From contig NC_043000.1 of NCBI RefSeq assembly GCF_006345805.1, positions 163,432,001 through 163,496,000 on the forward strand: a stretch of DNA of 64,000 nucleotides, given 5' to 3'. The stretch comes from Octopus sinensis (taxonomy: Eukaryota). The notes under the pieces were generated by a model that had not been told where the DNA came from, searched no databases, and saw only the letters and a list, made by a program, of their open reading frames with translations. This document shows positions 1 to 11,878 of the stretch, in pieces (position 1 is the first letter of the stretch; each line of letters begins with the position of its first letter). Made by a program: the position numbers and the translations under genes.

Positions 1-530
1 TGTATGTGTGTGTGTGTGCGTGCGTGTGTGTGTGTGTGCGTGTGTGTGTGTAAGAAATCCCAAAACTGTCTTATAGAATAATATATAGTTAAGTGCCGGC
101 CGACATGAAGAAGTGAGAATTACATAAGTCTGACAATTAATACGAGTGTATAAAGGTTTCTGTGTTAACTCAAGCTAGATAAATATTTTAATGTACCTGC
201 TTACAAACAACGATGTACAACGACTAAAATAATTTAAATATAAACGGCATGTCTACTTATTCCAACTTACTCCCCACTCTCACACATTTACAGAGACACA
301 CACAAAAACAAGTACATACATGCAAGCGTACCTACATGCATTTCAATTTTAGCTGCATTTGCATATCTTATATTGTTGCTCTAGACCTAATTTGTTTGTA
401 TTTGTATATTGAGCCTTTTGCTAATCGTTTTACAGCTGAAGAATTTTTTCCTGTTATAATTGCCGAAAGGTCATACTTATAATTACTATAACAGCTTGTT
501 GTTAAGTTTAAATTCCCTTTGCTATATTGA

Positions 531-740
531 TTTCAAGTTTTGGCACAAGGCCAGCAATTTCGGGGGAGAGGTAAGTCGTTAACATCAACCCCAATGTTCA
601 ACTGGTGCTTATTTCGTTAATCTTGGAAGGATGAAAGGCAAAGTCGATCCCGGAACCTGAAACTAGGAATGAGATGACGGACAAAATGCTGCTAAGCATT
701 TTCCCCGGTTTGTTAACGATTCTGTCATCGCGCCGTCTTA
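531..740 (-). mobile_element. tRNA-derived SINE family A (Meta-domain-like), diverged copy; a further fragment lies at ~775-835
   Basis: Reverse complement matches the clean copies at 28350 and 41984 (gactttgcctttcatcc...aagtaccagtt core). Confidence 0.8.
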
Positions 741-1011
741 TTTCCCCTTCGTAATATCGGTTAAGGTGAAAGAGTAAGTCGATTACATCTGGTACTTAAT
801 TTATCAATCCCGAAATGATGAAAGGCAAAGTCTCAGCCATGTGGGAGCACCATGATCTCAAGCGCAGACAAGAGGTACCCAAAATCTACGATGTATTCCC
901 TGAATATCTGTGTTTATATAAGAGCGACTTCTAGAGATATGCTGAAGGGTACCTCACTCCCAGTGATCTCCAGCACAGCAGACACGAACCCTGAATTTCT
1001 GAAGGCCAATG

Positions 1012-1044
<33 letters not shown>

Positions 1045-1048
<4 letters not shown>

Positions 1049-1456
1049 ATTGACCTAGTGGCCAATTAAATAAGTAAAAGTAGATATCCCTAATTAAATT
1101 AATAGTTACAATTTAGTTAGGGTTTTAAATTAAAATATCTGCAGAATGTTTTTACAGATGTAAGCTCTTACAACAATTTGCCCACGCATTCATACACACA
1201 CAAAAAACATCAATCCAAGTAATAAGTAATATATACATACATATATATAAACATAGTTAATCCAAACAAGAAAGCACAAAAAAAAACAACAACGCGAGGA
1301 CGTGGAACAAATATAGTATTATTGGACGCTCAGGAAAGAAGAAAGAAGGATGATTTAATGTTTCGAGCGGAGCTCTTCGTTGGAAACATAGGAGAAGGAA
1401 AGATCCAGAGAAGGGAACACAGAGGGAAAAAAATCGCCAACTGTACACACGCGGTC

Positions 1457-1520
<64 letters not shown>

Positions 1521-3740
1521 CATGCATACATACATACATACATACATACATACATACATACATACATACATACATACATACATAGGGGCTACCCAAAACG
1601 AAAGGAAGCGATTAGCCGCGCACCTACATACTTTCAGAAATAGAAATAAGTTTAGCTTGACCGGATTAAGTAAATATATTTGGGAGCTTAAAGATAATGA
1701 TATTAGTTTTGATTTAGAATGGAAATTCCTAGCCTCCGAATCTTCAAACAATGTAAAAAATAAGATATGTCACTTGTGCATCAATGGAAATCTTTCATAT
1801 TAAAGGCTAGAATACCGCAACTCAATGCTAGAGAAGAGCGAAATAAACCTGCCTGCACAAGGATAAATTTGCCTTCTCTAGATATAAATAATTATAAGTA
1901 TCTAATACGCATCTTCCCCATTAAGGGAGAAGATGCACCCATAGTTCTTCACCATAGAAATAGTAGAATTCGATCCTGACTGTTTACTCCTTCTTATAAC
2001 CATATAATGCCAGTTCCCTTAACTCCTAACATAAATTTAGACTATAGAGTGCACAAGTTTCCATTTCCCTACCATACTCCCTCCCTTAATATTATCTTGA
2101 TCCCCCAAACTTAATAATGAATGAATTTGTATTTGTAACATACTTTACCTTCCCATTCTCATCGTTTGCTTGTTTCGCTTTAGTTTATTGTAGACCACTC
2201 TAAGGCAGCATTGGTCTACTTCTATTGAATGAAGAACCCCCCCATTCGATTTACGCCTCTCACTATCCCCACCACCATCGCACAACGAAATATTTATTTA
2301 ACACTTTAATACTAACTTGACACCCCCACGCCCCCTTTTACTTATGTATTTGCTTGATCTTTGTTTTGCAGTCAGCACTTATCTACGTGCTATTAATATT
2401 GTTATTATTATGATTATATGTATTACTACTTGCATGGAGGATTATTTGTCGAAAGTGGCGTATGTAAGTACCCATGTATGTGTTATATAGCAATATGATA
2501 TATATTATAATTATTCGGGTACATAGGCGTGTGTACTTGGGTGGATGGATGCTGTATGGGAGTGTACATAGGTGTATATATATGTATGTTGATTTTTTTT
2601 GTGTATCAATGCATGAGCAAATTGTAGTAAGAGCTTGTAAAAACAATCTGCACGTATTTTAATTTTTAATTTTAACTATAAATTGTAACCATTAATTTAA
2701 TTAGGGATATCTACTTTTACTCAGTTAATCGACCACTAGGCTGACTGATTTTAAGATCGTTTAATTAATTAGCTGGAAGATTAGCTGTTAGTTAGGTTAG
2801 TGAACTCATTTTTGGGGGTGTACTGGAACCAGCAGTCAGTAATTATGGCCACTTACCACTAGTTATTACCTATCCTTAACCAGAAATATTTCAGTAACTT
2901 CCCTACGGTATTAATTTATTTCATTGTTTTTACTAATTTCGCATTCATATTAATAGACTGTTGGACCTTTTTCAACCCTAACCATCTTACTTCCTAAATG
3001 TCAGAATAGGTTTCTCTCTTAATATTTATTCCATAATATTCTTTAATTTAGTATTTAGTATCCTAAGCGTTTTAGGGCCCTTACAACATACTCCACCTAC
3101 ATATTCATTTATTTGTTTATCTTACCCTGTATAACGGTCTCCATAGCTGGTCTTTTGTTTTTAAATTTCAACTGACCAATTAAATGAAACATTGGATCGT
3201 GGCCTATCTCACTTCGGACAACAGGTGGAAGGACTTAAATAAATAAATTGCATTTAACCGATTAGCACTTTATTATGATTAATACTATTAATTAGTACTA
3301 CAAACATAACTATTATAAATTATTATGAATAATATAAATCCTTACTGTATCTACACCCCTTATCCGATTAAAACCTATTGTCGTATCCCACAGTTATTTT
3401 TTTGTTTTTTATTATTTATCCCCCCTGTCCCCACCCTGTACAAAGGATTATTCTAATAATTGCTATTTTGTTTTAGTCTTTTACTTAATGGTCCAAAGAG
3501 ACCCACAAGCAAAATAGTAAGATTACAGCTAGTTTTCTCTTTTCTTCTCTATGCTCTTCTTCTTTATTTATTATTCACTCTGATGAAGATCCTTGTTTCA
3601 AATCGGTTTTATTACCAAGTATGATTAATATTTTTACATATTCTTGCATATCAATAGCAAAACCATACAACATCGGAAGCAGAAACAGATGTTAGATGGG
3701 ACGTAGACTATTTGTAGTGAATTAATAAATAATAATTGAT
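1045..3740 (+). mobile_element. Penelope-like element remnant: GIY-YIG C-terminus, long 3' pLTR region and upstream inverted pLTR piece
   Basis: 1578-1803 encodes [21 protein letters not shown]...[10 protein letters not shown]...WKFLA...ICHLC (PLE GIY-YIG/CCHH region). 1045-1215 is a diverged inverted copy of ~2589-2745. A degenerate hammerhead CTGATGA...GAAACAGATGTT lies at ~3577-3698. Confidence 0.75.
1256..1457 (-). mobile_element. ~200-bp hammerhead-bearing non-autonomous element, copy 1 (core mutated to CCAACGA)
   Basis: Clearly homologous to 5869-6073, 16182-16389, 61828-62031 and 62091-62258; flanked by (TA)n/(TACA)n. Confidence 0.85.
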
Positions 3741-3762
3741 GTAAGTCAAATTTAGAGGTGGT

Positions 3763-4567
3763 CTAACGAATGGGACCTGTGTCTGAACGTGTCAAAGTGC
3801 TGTCATCTGCCTGTTGGCTCTCCTCCTGCAACTCAACTTGATTTCGAGCCGGGTCGTCTGCTGCTGGAGAGGACCGATCAGGTAAAGGACCTGGGTATCT
3901 TGGTGGATTCCTCCTTTTCGCCTTCGGCCCAGTGCGTCCATGCTGCCAACAAAGCACGCGGAATTCTGTTCTTGATTCGACGGTCATTCGGAATGCTCAC
4001 AGCAGCCATATTCCTACCACTCTATGTCACGCTGGTGAGACCCATATTGGAGTACGGGATTCAAGCCTCTTCTCCTTATCTCCTCAAAGACATACAGCAT
4101 CTCGAAAGAGTCCAGAAGCTGGCTACCCGCATGGTTCATGGTCTCAAAAATTTGTCCTACGAAGAAAGGCTGAGGACGCTCGACCTTTATTCTCTAGAAA
4201 AACGCCGCCGCCGTGGTGATCTCATTCTCGCCACAACATCATAAGCGGAAAGTGTAACCTCTCGAAAGAGCTGTTCTTCACTCCTGCTCCAGAGCGTCGG
4301 CTGCGGGGTCATTCCGAAAAGCTCTACCTGCGACGATTTCATCTCAATCGAAGGAGAGGAGCTTTCTCCGTCCGGGTTGCGGATCCGTGGAACAAGCTGC
4401 CAGACGAGATGGTGAAGATGCCGACGACCACTTTGTTCAAAGCCTCCCTTGACCTCAAGTGGCCTGAACTCTTTACATGAACACCAACCTGTACTTAACT
4501 CCATGTCCCCCTACATGGCCTTGCTATTTGTTTTTGAGCCAAATTAACTAACTAGCTAACTAACTAG
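3763..4567 (+). mobile_element. 5'-truncated CR1-clade LINE 3' end (RT C-terminus, 3' UTR, (TAAC)n tail)
   Basis: VKDLGILVD...LYVTLVRPILEYG...LERVQKLATRMV.GL..LSYEERL..LDLYSLEKRR.RGDLI are hallmark CR1 ORF2 motifs; frameshift near 4235; ends in aattaactaactagctaactaacta. Confidence 0.9.
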
Positions 4568-4597
4568 TGCATCAGTACTTCTCCATTTTCTGTTTTC

Positions 4598-4629
<32 letters not shown>

Positions 4630-4967
4630 ACACACACACACACACACACAAATCATATTTGATATTATTGAATTTTGTAAACATCGAATCCTTTAAACAT
4701 ACTTTTATACTTCGCAATTTTAAATTTTTACAATTGATAAACAAAAATTTTGTTGAAACTTGTTTGGTATGTATGTAAATAAATTGATTTAAAAACAATT
4801 ACTAGTTTTTAAAATTCAGGTGCATTTTCAGCAATAAGTTCCCCAATAGATTTTCCTGCGAGGAAATATACTCCTTCTTTTGTTATACATATACATGCCG
4901 GTGGGGTATGCACAGACATATACAAATGCACTCACTCAGACTTCTTATGTAAGTATATATCAAAGAT

Positions 4968-5298
4968 ATCTTTCAAGAGCTTGGTTGGAAAATATTGCTT
5001 CATCCTCCATATTCTCCAGACCTTGCTCCCTCTGATTATCACTTATTTCAGGGACTACGGAACCATTTGAATGGTCTTAAGTTGACATCAAGAGAAGAGG
5101 TAGAAATGAGCTGGATTCATAGTGCGCATCAAAACCTAAACAATTTTACAAGCGTGGCATTTATAAGCTTGTTGACAGAGGAAATGAAGTTCTAGAAAGC
5201 AATGGAAATTATGTTAACGAATAAATACTGTCTTAATCATAGGCTTATTCATTTTTAATAGGGACCTTAAAATCGGCCATTACCTTTGCACTAACCTG

Positions 5299-5299
<1 letters not shown>
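4968..5299 (+). mobile_element. mariner (DD34D) transposon 3' fragment with right TIR
   Basis: HPPYSPDLAPSDYHLF motif; the terminal aaaatcggccattacctttgcactaacctga+TA resembles the Hsmar1/MADE-type TIR. Confidence 0.9.
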
Positions 5300-5329
<30 letters not shown>

Positions 5330-5371
5330 TGTATGTATGTATGTATGTATGTATGTATTATGTATGTATGT

Positions 5372-5841
5372 ATCTTCTATTTTTTAATTATTATAAATCT
5401 TCCACCGAGGAGGGAGCCGGTTTCCAACAAAGATGCAAGGCTCCATCTTTGGGATGTGGTTACACTGATAAATTCACATTTGGAACTTGAGAAAAGTCTT
5501 GCATTTTTTTACTCTTCCACTCACAGATTGCATTGTAACGTACAAATTAGCCGGTCGATTTCTCTTTCTGTAAATCCCAGTTTATCCAGGTTCTCCTTTA
5601 AGTATTTACTAACAAAACCTAGTGCTCCAATTATTATTGGTATGAATATGAATTCATAGTCTGGATATAGAAGCTGGAGGTTTCGAAGAAGTTGTCCATA
5701 GAGATACTATTTTTCTTTGATTTTCAAAGAGCAACTAACCTCTATGATGGTACATATATTTGCTCCTCTGTCCCAAACAATATCCGGCCTGTTATGCTTA
5801 CATTTAACAGAAGTTTTGATGGGAATATTCCATGATGGGAA
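5372..5841 (-). mobile_element. 5'-truncated RLE-type (R4/Dong-like) non-LTR retrotransposon 3' end
   Basis: Minus strand reads WNIPIKTSVKCKHNRPDIV..D....C.IIEVS...EK..YGQLLRNLQLLYPDYEF.FIPIIIGALG...L.KLG (PD..D/ExK endonuclease); the 3' end abuts (TACA)n at 5303-5372. Confidence 0.8.
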
Positions 5842-5868
5842 TATATATATATATATATTATATATATA

Positions 5869-6073
5869 GTTAATCCAAACGTGAAAACACAAAGAGAAAA
5901 CACAACAACGTGAGGACGTGGAAGAAGTATAGTGTTATTGGACGCTCAGGAAAGGAAAGAAAGGAGGAGGATTTAACGTTTCGAGCGGAGCTCTTCGTCA
6001 GAAACATAGAAAAAGGAAAGGTCCAAAGAAGGGAAGGCGGAGGAAGAAAATCGCCACGATACACACGCGGTCA
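5869..6073 (-). mobile_element. ~200-bp hammerhead-bearing element, copy 2 (intact core)
   Basis: Minus strand 6005-5972: gttt CTGACGA a gagc tcc gctc GAAA cg TT aaat. Confidence 0.85.
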
Positions 6074-6109
6074 CACACACACACATACATACACATATAT
6101 ATATGTATG

Positions 6110-6175
<66 letters not shown>

Positions 6176-6201
6176 TGTGTGTGTGTGTGTGTGTGTATGT
6201 A

Positions 6202-6422
6202 CAGGGTGGGCCAAAAGTAGGTATATACTTTTCCAATTAACTTATTTATTTTTTGATAGGTACCGCGAATAATGGCAAATAATTTCTGTCAAGAACAAAG
6301 AAAGTGGAGCATTTACAATATCAATGGAGCATTTACGATTACATTTTATAAATGTAATTGTAATTAGCGTAAATGTAATAAAATGAAGTTTTAAAGTGTA
6401 TACCTACTTTTGGCCCACCTTG
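6202..6422. mobile_element. Tc1/mariner-type MITE
   Basis: TIRs cagggtgggccaaaagtaggtata / tatacctacttttggcccaccttg, flanked by TA on both sides. Confidence 0.9.
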
Positions 6423-6480
6423 TATCTATGCATGTATGTATGTATGTATGTATGTATATATGTATGTATGTATGTATGTA

Positions 6481-6561
<81 letters not shown>

Positions 6562-6959
6562 ATACACAACTAATGTGATTACTACTGTCAATATGTTGTC
6601 TGACGCTGAAAGTTGAAAGTAATGATTTGTAACTTTAGCAACAACAATAAAAATGTGTAGGGAAGTCGTTTAGCAACAACAAAACAAAAACATAAGCATC
6701 CATTGAAATCAAAATCAACTAAAGAATGAGAACAATAACAACTACAACAACAGAAACGACAACAACAACCACAATGTATGTCTACCGTACGTAGAAGGCA
6801 GATAAAAGGCACTCAGACTTAGCACCAACTGACCGGTGTCTAATTATTTCTTCAGTACATTTCATAGAGATCCGACGCAGAAATTGTCTGTGGAATCCAT
6901 TGATTACGAATTTGTTTCGGCGTATATCCGGGTACTAATGGATGTGGTCACACCCACAA

Positions 6960-7420
6960 CTCTACCTCCATCCTTCCGATAAACGACGCCGATGCCACCG
7001 CCGCCGCTACCACCAACCAAAATATTAGTACTAATGCTGCCTTCGTTATAATCACACCTGCCTGCCACCCCAACTCCCAACCCCCAACATCATAGTATAT
7101 CCACCCCTATCGTCACGGCTAACAGTAACACTATTTCGAAGACGACGACGACGATGATGATCAGAACCACCACCACCACCACCACCATCATCTTCATTGT
7201 CATATCCATTTTGCACCATTTCTCACTTGCACCATTACCATCGTCATCTACAGCTGACAGCATCACTATCACTAGCACCATCACCACCACTACCATCACA
7301 TTATAGTTGCAGCCCCTTTGCCATATGTCTTGTCACCACACTCTGACCAACGCCATCACCCCCCACATGCGCCGCCGCTACCTCCGCCACTTTCATCGAC
7401 ATCATAGTAACAAACTCAAC
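6960..7420. repeat. Degenerate trinucleotide (CAC/CAT/GAC)n low-complexity tract; similar tracts at 13840-14330, 42630-42810 and 62327-63320
   Basis: Mosaic of ACC/ATC/GCC/ACT triplets. Confidence 0.85.
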
Positions 7421-9729
7421 AATATTGCCATCTATAAATATAACCGAACGTCTGTTCATATACGCAAGAGTATATAAATATATGTACATGAATTCTAAGA
7501 CGGTGGGCGCACTCATCCTACATTAGCACGCAACACGCTCACTAATAAATGCAATGTCTGTGTTTGGATATATCTATCATTAGATGCGTCAGAATAGGTT
7601 TGAACGTCCTGTCGTTGTCAGATCTTGGTTACACTTTATGCTGAGAGGTCTGGTTGCTTTTGCTTCTTGTACATTATAAATATACTCGTGCCAGCAAGAG
7701 TGACCGCATATTGAATTGATATTTTGTTAAGTACTTATTTTCAATTTGCTTTTTAAAGTTTGAGTGTTTAAATATATACTGTTTCGTTGTATATTAAAAT
7801 AGATATGAGGATGAAAATTTGTTTAGTATTCTAATGTAACGATTGCAATTACCAACTTTTTTCTGATAATCATTAATTATTGAGTGTATACGAAAGTCCA
7901 AAATAATAATCAATACAATATTAATAATATACCTTGATATATTACAGTTTATGATAATATTTGTGATACTTCATAATCTTGCAATTTGCCACAATATTTA
8001 CAGCAATGTATAATATGATGCAATTTGATTTTCAGCAGCATTTGACGTTTGATAATGTTTCGTAGACTGCAATTAAGGATTATACTTACATCTCCTTGTA
8101 TAATTCATTTGTAGTATACAGCGATATTTACGTTAGATATTATGATACAAGTCGCGTATGTAATATTTCATTTATAATACAAGCAGTACCTGTCGAAATT
8201 CCACAGTTATTTCGAGAACTATATGTTGGCGGGAAATTTATAAGGAACCAAGAAACACAGAAATATGCGTGCGCACCATGCATGCACACACACCACACAC
8301 ACACACACTCGCATACATATATATTTGTATTTTGTCTTAAAACATTTGATTCTTTTGGTAGTGCAGAAGTTCACAGAGGTAGTATTGAATGTAAAGTAAC
8401 AGGAGATGTCACATTGAGAGTTGTTATCACTTTTCACTTTAGTTTAAAGTTATTCTGCTTGTGTATGACCACTCGAATAAAGTTTTAACAAGTTTTCTAT
8501 ATTACGTTCTTGTTTTCATTTCAGACTAAAGGTCACATGCTTTTGTTGAACCTAGAGTTTGGTTGCCAAAGGCTTGTTTAGGGTATATATATATAGCATG
8601 AAACAATTCTTTTATTTGGGGAGAGATTATGATTTCTAGTACTTCAGATATACAGCACACCTATTTCTCTTGGTTATTTAGCAAATTTCTACTTTCAGAT
8701 GCTGTTATATGTGTTTACATACAGTAAAAATAAAGACTAACTTCTTTTGGATAAATTGCATATATTCTAGGGGTTATTCCACACCGTCTCCATAACCCCT
8801 GTTTCTGTGTTATTAACATTTTTTAAAAAGATTTAATGGTTAAGGATTTTCAGTGTAGAATCTGAACCACGCTGTAAAGGAACTTCTTCAGTTTCGGACA
8901 TGTTGAAATGCTACTTTTTCATTTCCCTACTTGAAAGTAACTTCGCATTTATACTTATGATCTTCTGGATGACGAATCTCAGCATGTATCATGCAATTTC
9001 CATGGCAACTTTCGCTATATTTCTTCTGCAGAACTAACTTCATGACTATTTTAAAACTGTGTAAGCTTCATAACTTCGTCATAACTAACAACTTTACGCT
9101 GTTCTAATTGCATCTACGCAAAGTCATATCGTTTATAATAAGCACTGAAATATGTATTTAATAGAGTTTATGGAAGAACAAAAGTCTAATACTGATGTGA
9201 CAGTTGTAGATGTGTGTTGTATAATACAGTATTCTATTGTCGTCTTCACGATTGTCAGCTTCACATTCTTAGCCATGACTCCTCCTTTACATTAACTGAA
9301 GTCTCTAAGAACTTCTTTGGTTCATTATTGTTTCCATAAAGATCACATTCTCCAAAATACATTGAAGATCATGTCACATCTTATTTCTTCTTAATTTTTC
9401 TTTAATTCCTCTTTCCATCTATCTTGATAAAGAACTAATATCTGAAAAGGCGAAATATCTTTATTGTTTGTATAATTTTCCTCCTGTTTCTATTTTCGGT
9501 TTTCCCTTGTTAGAGCATGCACGTATGTTTAGACTATGCACACACACACACACATACACACACACATGCACACACATACACACACATGTACATGCAAAGA
9601 GAGTGTGAGAGAGAAAGAGAGAGAAAGAGAGCACCATTAAAATGACACATGCTGGTAATCTCAAGCCACATAAACAGTCACTACCCGAATAAGTCACTAC
9701 CCGAAACATTTCAGGTATTCAACATAAAA

Positions 9730-10330
9730 ATTGCCGTCGAAGCCATCTTACATACCGTCAAAATTTTGGATATCAAAACAGAGCTATTTACTCCCTGAAA
9801 TTCAAACGAAAACCTACTATATATTTAAGCATGCAGCTACAACGACAAAAACGCAAGTTGACAATATTAGCAATGGAATGTTAAGTATTTCCTCAGACAA
9901 AAAACGCTTCTTTGAGCTAGAAACTATGCATTGCTGATAAAAAACGATTTAAAGAGAAACTAGGATGCACATGTGTATGTGTGTGAGTATATATATATAC
10001 ATACATACATATACGTATGTGTATGTATATATTCACACGTGGATGCATAGCTATATACATACATACATACATACATACATACATACATACATACATACAT
10101 ACATACATACATACATACATACATACATACATAAAGTTCACGGAATAATAAAACTAGGAAAATACAGAAGTTATATCTGCTGCAACCTGTCCATTAACAT
10201 TAATGTGGCATCCAGCGCAGCCAGCAATTTCCAAGAGTTATAAAATATTTTCCCATCTGCTTCATACTGTTCAACAGAAATAACGGAAACTTACTTTTAG
10301 TGGCATGAGAAATATTATTATTGTGATATC
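9730..10330 (+). pseudogene. Highly degenerate Penelope ORF remnant (post-RT linker), interrupted by a microsatellite
   Basis: Fragments ...ISNGMLSISSDKKRF... and RKYRSYICCNLSININVASSAASNF..L..YFP...LFNRNN resemble the PLE motif R.IIWFNPPFS.NV.T.....F..L..HFP.....IFNRN. Confidence 0.5.
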
Positions 10331-10578
10331 GCAATGCAAATAAAACTATCTACATGTAGGAATAAGCTACATTCCCAATCAAATACAAATGTAGTAATAC
10401 GAACCAGCAGTGAAGCCTGCTATTCAGTCACTCCATCTGCTAGAAACACCAACCGATAACCGATTTTCTTCCAAATCATAAACTGCGATTTCCTATGATA
10501 TATATCTGTGTGTGTGTGTGTGTGTGTGTATGTATACACACATATACACACACACACACACAACATACACACACACAC

Positions 10579-10612
<34 letters not shown>

Positions 10613-10613
10613 C

Positions 10614-10649
<36 letters not shown>

Positions 10650-10653
10650 ATAT

Positions 10654-10802
10654 ACAACTTATAAATGAGGGCAAACGAAAAGAATTCTAATGCCAAATAT
10701 GCCAAAATTAGACACAATGTCCATAATGGTTATGGACATTGTGTCTAATTTCGGCATATTTGGCATTAGAATTTTTTTCGTTTGCCCTCATTTATAAGTT
10801 GT
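10654..10802. repeat. Near-perfect palindrome (73-bp arms, 3-nt loop) starting at a (TA)n edge
   Basis: acaacttataaatgagggcaaacg...gtccataa tgg ttatggac...cgtttgccctcatttataagttgt; two mismatches, both A/G. Confidence 0.95.
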
Positions 10803-10997
10803 TTATAAATTTAACCTTTAAAGGTATTTTTTAATATGCTAGCCACTGATAAAATTTTCTTTTCAAAAACAAAAAAAATTATCCTACATTAAATATATAT
10901 ATATATATATATATATGTTCAGATGAATATGGTACTTAAGTTGGGGCACCAGAATTTAGTACGGTATTAGCTATACAATTTCAAAGTAAGGTGAATA

Positions 10998-11414
10998 AAA
11001 TCAAAATAAGCAACAAGGATATCCAGAGGTAATGTAGAGCAATCTTCAGCTGCACAAAGACATAGAATTTAATTAAATTAGAACAGATGGACACATTAGT
11101 ATAATTATACATAAAATCTACAAGAAGTTAAGGAGATAGACAAAGAACATGTTATCTCTACCTCAGCATAGAAGTTACTCTATGCTGAAGTAGAGACAAC
11201 ATGTTCTTTGTCTACCTCCTTAACTTTTTGAGGTGATTTTAGGTATAATTATACTAATGTGTCCTTCTGTTAAAATTTAATTAAATTCTATGCATTGTGC
11301 AGCTGAAATTGCTCTACATTTTAAATTGATGTAATGATTGCATTGTTCAATTAAATGGAGTTATATGAAACGATCGTACAGCATTATCTCTGGATATCCT
11401 TGTTGCTCATTTTG

Positions 11415-11418
<4 letters not shown>
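10998..11418. repeat. Long imperfect hairpin (PLE pLTR-like) with a degenerate hammerhead in each arm
   Basis: Arms ~10998-11172 and ~11179-11418 (the right arm has a ~60-bp insertion). The right arm reads atg CTGAAGT...GAAA ttgctc TA cat. Confidence 0.85.
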
Positions 11419-11474
<56 letters not shown>

Positions 11475-11548
11475 GGGGGGGGGGAGAAAGAGATAAAAAA
11501 TGAAAGAGTAAAGCTACACTGGATTATTTAGCCAAATATATATATATA

Positions 11549-11878
11549 AAATTGAATAAATAAAGTCAAGAATGAGTACGCTCAGACAGTTATTTAATGA
11601 ACACTACATATGTTTCGATACAACATAGATCCACATATACACACGATTTAAATTAAGCAACGGTTTACTTGTATAATGGGATCCAGATGTATCTCCTCAA
11701 GTATCCTCGGGGACAGCAATTATATATCATCTGAGGAGATGCAACTGGATCCCATTATACAAATAAACCGTTGCTTAATTTAAATCGTATGTCTATGTGG
11801 ATCTATGTTTTATCGAAACACGTGTAGTGTTTATTAAATAGCTGTGTAAACGTACTCATTCTTGACTCTATTCAATTT
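11549..11878. repeat. Long imperfect hairpin (~150-bp arms) carrying a hammerhead in each arm; the element continues to ~12020
   Basis: Right arm: CTGAGGA gat...atc GAAA cacgtg TA gtgt. Left arm (minus): atac TTGAGGA gatac...gtatc GAAA catatg TA gtgt. Confidence 0.9.

Noticed and set aside
8870-9430. Purine-rich minus strand suggestive of a decayed transposase or exon
   Set aside because: Multiple stops and no motif I can assign.
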